Shown here: positions 58,511 through 64,000 of the stretch, one piece after another
How the letters are laid out: every line of letters starts with the position of its first letter
Position numbering within the stretch: the stretch's first letter is position 1
Source: Candidatus Gottesmanbacteria bacterium
GTDB taxonomy: Bacteria > Patescibacteriota > Microgenomatia > UBA10105 > UBA927
Length of the DNA stretch: 64,000 nt
Reading direction: 5' to 3'
NCBI GenBank assembly: GCA_903821745.1
Contig: CAIJMI010000005.1
Coordinates: 263,802 to 327,801 of the forward strand
The notes under the pieces: generated by a model
What the model was told of the DNA's origin: nothing
Databases searched by the model: none
The model's input: only the letters and a program-made list of their open reading frames with translations
Made by a program: the position numbers and the translations under genes

Positions 58511-61500
58511 ATGGAACAGCAAGTCACGACACCTTCATTTTTAAAACCCATTGCTCCAGAGTTCCAATTGCCAAACAATACTACACTAGATAAACCGACA
58601 CAAACTGCGTTACTCATTCTCACCGCGCGAAATCGAAAATTGAACGCAGTTAAACCAGATTTTCATCTTGCTGAGCAGCCCACCCCAGCAATGATTGACA
58701 CAGCAAAACGGTTAGTAGAATTTCAAAAAACATTAAAACAACAAGCAGGGCCGCAAATTGCAACAGAATTTCTGACTACGCCATACAATATAACCTGGAT
58801 GGAACAAATTCTAGATATTGATCCAAATAAAGTTGCCCTGGTTATGCAAACCAGAGATCGTGTGCATGCCGTCATAACACAAGAACACATTGATCCCCAA
58901 TTTGAACCGGCACTTGCTCTTGGTGCATACACAGGAATCGAACGGTTACACGAACTGAAGATGGATCATGAAACCACCACAACAGCTATAGCAAAAATTC
59001 GATCGCGCAGTAAGGAGATGGGAAGTAAAGACACTATCGATCGCCATTTGATTCACTATCTGGAAGCACTTCCTCAAGACGAACGGCTCCTTATAGGCAG
59101 TAAACGGGATGAACTGCTCACAACGATGATAACCAAAGATATTGCAAACCGACTAGAAATACATTCACGACACGCTGCTATTCTCCAGCAAAGCCAAGGA
59201 GTTGAGGTGGAAGTATTACAACATCTCGAATGGGTACCGACCGAACAGCGAGACACCGCACGAAAACAAGCCCAAATGAGTCGTATAGAACGGTATGGTA
59301 TTCGAGACTGGCTTCCTCGAGGAATTCGACAAGAAGATCATGAGCGCATGGATTGGCATTTAACGCACATGCTTGGCATACCAGAAGACGTCGGGGAGAA
59401 AAAATTTGAGTGGTTTGAGATGTCGACCGCACCAACAGATGGCGGTCCTGCGCAATCAACAATCCTCCATGAATTAACTCTAGCCGGTTTTATTTCACCG
59501 GAACTTCTTTCCAATACCTGGGAAAAATACAGTATGCATGCGTCAACCGTATTTCCGGAACGTATTTGGAACCAAAACGCGCAAGATCAATACGTCCTTC
59601 ATGCACGCGCACTTGCCGGAGCGTTTGCATCTACACAACGCGGCGTCTATGGAGGCTACGTATTTGATGATACCAGAGGCAGAGAAATAGCGGATAAAAC
59701 ATTAGAAGGCCAAAAGAAGTTTGCGGCGGTTGCCGGAAAAGGGAGCGAATCAAAATCAGGAAAAAAATTGGTAGAGATGCGTGTGTTTGATCTCACAGAA
59801 CGAGGGCAGTATGCAATTGAACTTCATAAACCATATCTGGATTTTGCATTCAAATGTTATTGGGAACATGAAAACGGTCAACCGCTCCAAAATATTGCCG
59901 AATACCGTGCGGTGAATGCATGGAACACATACTTTCAAGAGCTTTCCGCACTCTACAAAAGATATGATATTCCAATTAATGCAGACGTGTATCAATGGAG
60001 ATCTGTCGGATGGAAAAAGGCAGAACAACCACAACTGCAGACAGATCTTGCAAAACTCATCCGAAAAACAGCAGGCGAATTACGACATATCGTCAATGAA
60101 GAAATCGCACACCCGGAGTCTTTACCCCCCCAATCAGAAACACCAATTTCACTCCTTGGCAAACGAACCATTACCAGCATTGAAACGCCAGAAACAGCGC
60201 TTCATGATCCACGTATTATCCTTTCTCAACAAGAAGCAAATATACTCCATCTTCAAGATAACCAATTATTCTTTATGCGATTTGGAGAAACAAAAATTCC
60301 TGCGTTCATCCATATTGATACAGCAAGGAATCAAGATACGTCATTCACGATAAATAAACGACTGCAAAAATTGCTGCATATGCCAGAACATGTCGATCTG
60401 TCGCTCCGATTTAACCCAATAGAACAAGAAATCGATTGCGGTCCATTATTAGGAATCCCAGTCCGTGTCGAAGATCCAACACTTCAGGAGCCATTTGGAG
60501 AACAAACGGCGTATCACAAAAATTTAATTCTCACCGCACGAAAACAAGGTGTTGTTGCGTATTCATTTGATGTCTCAAGCAATACCGATAATTTCAATGT
60601 GAACGAGAAAACCATCACGGGTATTACACTCAGTGAAGATGGAACAAAATGGATTGAAACCACGCTTCCCTATCCAGACGTTATATTATCCAGAAATTTT
60701 GGAGAACGCAGCAGAGATAAAATGGGTGCAATTGCCCATATTCCATTTGTAAATCATCCAGATTTTGTCGACTTGATCGCTGATAAAGTCGAACTGCCAA
60801 GAGCCATCTGTGAAAATCCAAGACTGAGACCCTATGTTCCAGAAACAATGGAATTTACCGGACTTTCTGCGCTTGAAGACATGATGAAAAAACATGAAAC
60901 CGTCTATCTGAAACCAACTTGGGGCATGCGATCAGAAGGCGTTGTACGATTTGATAGGCTTCCTGATGGAACTATCCGATATACGCATACTATCCAAGGA
61001 ACAGATCCGTTAGATACATCATATGGTTGGCCAGAACCTGGACAGGATGGGTATGGTGGTAAAATTGTGCCGACGGTTCAAGAGGCGCTTCATGCAACGG
61101 ATGTGTTCCGAAAACAGTTCATATATGACAAATATATTATGCAACAAGGCATTGAAGGTATTCCTGGAAATGAAGGGCGCCCCTTAGAACTTCGATTTCT
61201 TTTCCAACGGGATGAAACAGGCAAACCTGCCATTATTGGATGGGATCAAGGACAAAAAGATTTTTGGATGCCAACGATCAATAAATTATTTGGTGAACAC
61301 AACGCGGAAACGGTAACCACGAATGCAACAACGCTTGCCAAAGCGCTCTCACTACAAATCCAACGACATTTCGGTCCACAATTTGGACAATATTCCATAC
61401 AGATAGCAGTCGATAAAGTCGGAAAAACATGGCTTCTGGAAGCAAATCCCAAACCTGGAGTAACGAACCAGTTCCATGCAATTCAACTAGATAATGTGGT

Positions 61501-62200
61501 TGATTACGCATCTGATCATTTATTGCGCCATATACAAAATATGGCTGGTTTTACACCAAATGCAGAAACGCCACAGCAAATTGAGCGCGTAACACTCCAA
61601 GATGGAACAACGGCTATTGCCAGTGAAGAAACCAATCCCTATGTCATCTATAAATTTGCACAGGAATCCATGAAAGGAAACATTCGCCAAAGAGAAACCA
61701 GTGTCTACAATCTTAAAACCCTGCAACGGATACAGGAAAACATGGCAAATCGAACGCGGTATATTATGCTCCGGGATGAAACAACAAATATCCCCCTTGG
61801 TTGTATTTCGATTTTACGACCAAAATCACAACAATACTATGATCTTGCAAAACCGGATCACCCACTGGAAAATACAAAGAAGCGTTGGGAAATCGGTGGA
61901 GTATTAACTGCGCCAGAGGCCCGAGGAAAAGGTATTGGCCGCAAGTTGTTTGATACGGCGATTTCCGAGATAACCAAATCTCCAATCGAACGAGACACCT
62001 ACAATAATATTAATATCACTGAAATTCTTGTTAATGTTACGGGAACCTACGATGGTAATCGCATTGGTGAATCGAGACCAGATAGTATAGGCATTGAAAA
62101 AATAGTACAAAATATTCCCGGTAGCAGGCCATTACAGGGAGCGGTTCCCGGATCGTTGGGACCGATATACATCATTCCATTCATTCCCAAAACACAATAA
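58511..62200 (+). CDS. Giant hypothetical protein (1229 aa) with C-terminal YheC/YheD-type ATP-grasp domain followed by a GNAT acetyltransferase-like domain
   Basis: ATP-grasp: ETVYLKPTWGMRSEG...ELRFLFQRDETGKPAIIGW...IQIAVDKVGKTWLLEANPKPG. GNAT: RWEIGGVLTAPEARGKGIGRKLFDTAI (R/QxxGxG/A acetyl-CoA-binding motif). Starts 14 nt after the preceding giant ORF. Confidence 0.6.
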   Translation: MEQQVTTPSFLKPIAPEFQLPNNTTLDKPTQTALLILTARNRKLNAVKPDFHLAEQPTPAMIDTAKRLVEFQKTLKQQAGPQIATEFLTTPYNITWMEQILDIDPNKVALVMQTRDRVHAVITQEHIDPQFEPALALGAYTGIERLHELKMDHETTTTAIAKIRSRSKEMGSKDTIDRHLIHYLEALPQDERLLIGSKRDELLTTMITKDIANRLEIHSRHAAILQQSQGVEVEVLQHLEWVPTEQRDTARKQAQMSRIERYGIRDWLPRGIRQEDHERMDWHLTHMLGIPEDVGEKKFEWFEMSTAPTDGGPAQSTILHELTLAGFISPELLSNTWEKYSMHASTVFPERIWNQNAQDQYVLHARALAGAFASTQRGVYGGYVFDDTRGREIADKTLEGQKKFAAVAGKGSESKSGKKLVEMRVFDLTERGQYAIELHKPYLDFAFKCYWEHENGQPLQNIAEYRAVNAWNTYFQELSALYKRYDIPINADVYQWRSVGWKKAEQPQLQTDLAKLIRKTAGELRHIVNEEIAHPESLPPQSETPISLLGKRTITSIETPETALHDPRIILSQQEANILHLQDNQLFFMRFGETKIPAFIHIDTARNQDTSFTINKRLQKLLHMPEHVDLSLRFNPIEQEIDCGPLLGIPVRVEDPTLQEPFGEQTAYHKNLILTARKQGVVAYSFDVSSNTDNFNVNEKTITGITLSEDGTKWIETTLPYPDVILSRNFGERSRDKMGAIAHIPFVNHPDFVDLIADKVELPRAICENPRLRPYVPETMEFTGLSALEDMMKKHETVYLKPTWGMRSEGVVRFDRLPDGTIRYTHTIQGTDPLDTSYGWPEPGQDGYGGKIVPTVQEALHATDVFRKQFIYDKYIMQQGIEGIPGNEGRPLELRFLFQRDETGKPAIIGWDQGQKDFWMPTINKLFGEHNAETVTTNATTLAKALSLQIQRHFGPQFGQYSIQIAVDKVGKTWLLEANPKPGVTNQFHAIQLDNVVDYASDHLLRHIQNMAGFTPNAETPQQIERVTLQDGTTAIASEETNPYVIYKFAQESMKGNIRQRETSVYNLKTLQRIQENMANRTRYIMLRDETTNIPLGCISILRPKSQQYYDLAKPDHPLENTKKRWEIGGVLTAPEARGKGIGRKLFDTAISEITKSPIERDTYNNINITEILVNVTGTYDGNRIGESRPDSIGIEKIVQNIPGSRPLQGAVPGSLGPIYIIPFIPKTQ

Positions 62201-62220
62201 CCTAGTTTTTCCCAAAGAAA

Positions 62221-62284
62221 AAGCCGGTGCGCAAGGTATTTTGGATGAAACATCCAAAAATACACTCCGCCTTCCGGCTTTTCC
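62221..62284 (+). terminator. Structured terminator-like element after the giant-protein operon
   Basis: Outer stem AAGCCGG...CCGGCTT enclosing a perfect inner hairpin TTTTGGATG-AAA-CATCCAAAA (62239-62259), followed by TTTTCC. Confidence 0.4.
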
Positions 62285-62536
62285 CTCAATACTGCTGTTA
62301 TTCATCTTCATTCTCTTTCTCTTGCGCCTGGACGTAGTGAGCATTAATCCACCCGGTTAATCCATTGATACGGACTTTGATGAAGCAGGTGCCTTCACCG
62401 GTAACAGTCCATGTCAATACACGGGCGTAAAATTTCTCACCCTTCGGCAGCAATGCGATATAACAAATTATAGGCTAATTGTTAACCAAAATTTGTAAAT
62501 TATAGGCCTTTGTGCTATACTCCCCATCTTACACCT

Positions 62537-63268
62537 ATGAATGCCTATTCTGCCTATCTGTCATATCAAAACAAAAAGGCCGGGCATGGCCAAGCCAGCT
62601 TCATTCCATGGCAAACTATCGGCCTTGGAATTCTTGCCTTTTCTTTGGGTGGCATCACCCGTCCAATTCTTCCAACAGCCCGACTTGAGCTTTCCTACCA
62701 GATTCCCAAAGTCATTGCTGCACTGCAGGCAACATTCCAGGAGATGAAAAAACCCATGCCCCAGTCTGCTCCGGTGGTCTTTAATCCACTCATCGATGAG
62801 CAGGGTAACATCATTACCCCCGCAAGTGAATCGTTTAGCCTCATTGTACCTAAAATAGGCATCAACGCCCCGGTCATTCCAGCTGTGAATCCGACAAACG
62901 AATCTCAGTATGATGAAGCACTACTTCAGGGGGTTGCTCATGCCTCAACCAGCTTCTTTCCGAATGAAAATGGTGTCGTGTACCTCTTCTCCCACTCAAC
63001 CAACTATGAGTGGTTTGTGAAGGACTTAAACGCCGTCTTTTACCTGCTCAAAAACCTCTCTGAGGGCGATTTGATCGTTCTGGTATATAACGGAACGCGA
63101 TATACCTATCGCCTCACCGAAAAGCGGGTTGTGGCACCCAATGACATATCCTATATAGCGCCAATTGCAGGCAAAAAAATGCTCATTCTCCAGACCTGTT
63201 GGCCGCCAGGCTCAACAACCGAACGGCTCCTTGTTTTTGCAGACTTAATCCAAACTACCAAACCTTGA
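62537..63268 (+). CDS. Sortase-family transpeptidase
   Basis: N-terminal TM, catalytic His region (VYLFSHS) and LILQTCWPPG (TLxTC active-site Cys motif). ATG at 62537. Extended -10 TGCTATACT at 62513-62521. Confidence 0.65.
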   Translation: MNAYSAYLSYQNKKAGHGQASFIPWQTIGLGILAFSLGGITRPILPTARLELSYQIPKVIAALQATFQEMKKPMPQSAPVVFNPLIDEQGNIITPASESFSLIVPKIGINAPVIPAVNPTNESQYDEALLQGVAHASTSFFPNENGVVYLFSHSTNYEWFVKDLNAVFYLLKNLSEGDLIVLVYNGTRYTYRLTEKRVVAPNDISYIAPIAGKKMLILQTCWPPGSTTERLLVFADLIQTTKP

Positions 63269-63337
63269 CATAATCCTATAGTTATGTTATACTGCGCACC
63301 TCGTAGTAACAAAACGGAATTTTTTATAAAAACAATT

Positions 63338-63988
63338 ATGAAACATTTGATTGCCTGTCTTTCACTCGTTGTATTAGTCGCTTCTAGCTTATTTGCTAAA
63401 CAAGCATTTGCCGGATGCACAACCGATTCCTATGGAACCAACTGCAACTACCCTGCAGACCTTACCGTTAATAAAGAAGTAAAGAACCCTATAACAAATT
63501 CTTTTGTCCAAAATCTTGGATCAAATGATCCAACCTTTTCTCCCGGATCTACCGTTACCTTTAAACTCATTATCAAAAATACCAGTGGTGAAACATTTTC
63601 ACCTGTTGAAGTGGTTGATCAATTTCCAGATTACCTCACCTATGTTGGTTCAACCGTTACCGGAACCTATGATGCTGGAAAACGAAGACTCGTCATGAAG
63701 CTTGAAAACCTCATTGCCGGCGAAACACGGGAAATCGAAGTGATAGCAAAAGTTGCTGACAAAAGCGCATTTGCCAATGATAAAAGCTTTTTATGTGCAT
63801 CAAACTACACAAAAGTCACGACTCCAGCACGACCGGATGGAGATGATGATACGGCAGAATTCTGTATGACAACCAATATCAATGGATCCTCAACACTGCC
63901 CGTTGCTGGATTTAATGATTTGTTTACCGTTATCCCCTTCCTGTCACTTGGAGGTATCGGTCTTGCACTTTTGAAGAAAAATAAATAA
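63338..63988 (+). CDS. LPxAG-anchored surface protein with DUF11-like domain (probable sortase substrate)
   Basis: Signal peptide MKHLIACLSLVVLVASSLFAKQAFA. DUF11-like TFKLIIKNTSGETFSPVEVVDQFPDYLTYV. C-terminal LPVAG + hydrophobic segment + KKNK sorting signal. Confidence 0.6.
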   Translation: MKHLIACLSLVVLVASSLFAKQAFAGCTTDSYGTNCNYPADLTVNKEVKNPITNSFVQNLGSNDPTFSPGSTVTFKLIIKNTSGETFSPVEVVDQFPDYLTYVGSTVTGTYDAGKRRLVMKLENLIAGETREIEVIAKVADKSAFANDKSFLCASNYTKVTTPARPDGDDDTAEFCMTTNINGSSTLPVAGFNDLFTVIPFLSLGGIGLALLKKNK

Positions 63989-64000
63989 TACGTAATCAAT

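Noticed and set aside
62466-62506. Direct repeat AAATTATAGGC at 62466 and 62497 upstream of the sortase gene
   Set aside because: Two 11-bp copies in AT-rich promoter DNA. It may be an operator, but it is too short to call without comparative data.
1-64000. Possible UGA/UAG stop-codon reassignment (as in some CPR lineages)
   Set aside because: Dozens of long ORFs, including 1503 and 1229 aa, are intact and end at ordinary stops under the standard code. The two in-frame stops seen (TAA, TAG) occur in genes that are also truncated, which fits pseudogenes rather than recoding.
1-64000. CRISPR array, rRNA genes, integrase/transposase
   Set aside because: No regularly spaced direct repeats, no rRNA-like conserved stretches, and no recognisable integrase or transposase ORF were found. 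The only mobility hints are the excisionase-family HTH gene and the low-GC islet next to the tRNAs.

Overview
This 64 kb window reads as a gene-dense stretch of a small bacterial genome in standard genetic code, at roughly 42-45% GC by eye, with short intergenic spacers, many small hypothetical proteins and two giant ORFs. The gene content resembles Candidate Phyla Radiation (Patescibacteria) or other reduced-genome bacteria, but that is an inference. I called all genes by motif recognition in the supplied six-frame translations; no searches were run.

Main gene blocks:
- Cell-shape and wall cluster: PBP2, a polytopic membrane protein, MreB.
- def-fmt.
- L28 divergent from an M50 site-2 protease.
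- tdh-kbl threonine catabolism pair.
- Ribosomal and transcription cluster: rpmG ... tRNA-Trp ... secE-nusG-rplK-rplA-rplJ-rplL. L1 and NusG both carry N-terminal low-complexity extensions.
- Pentose-phosphate trio: tkt, rpe, rpiB.
- Glycosyltransferases: OtsA-like, TagA/WecG-like.
- A second MreB paralog, ndk, maf and an M16 peptidase.
- Six tRNA genes found by eye: Tyr, Thr x2, Trp, Arg, Pro.

Most unusual items:
1. A low-GC islet directly upstream of tRNA-Tyr/tRNA-Thr with a YcaO-like gene interrupted by an in-frame TAA, a truncated kinase-like ORF and a histidine phosphatase.
2. A SIMPL/DUF541-like remnant with an in-frame TAG.
3. An apparent fusion of an archaeal-type HxGH nucleotidyltransferase (PPAT-like) with a DUF359-like domain.
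4. A two-gene giant-protein locus (1503 aa, then 1229 aa ending in YheC/D-type ATP-grasp plus GNAT domains), followed by a sortase and an LPxAG-anchored DUF11 surface protein.
5. Large Cys-rich or repeat-containing surface proteins next to an AdoMetDC-like pyruvoyl enzyme.
6. An identical 13-nt -10 element (ACGGTATAATACC) placed about 10 nt upstream of the ATGs of rpmG and maf, suggesting near-leaderless mRNAs.
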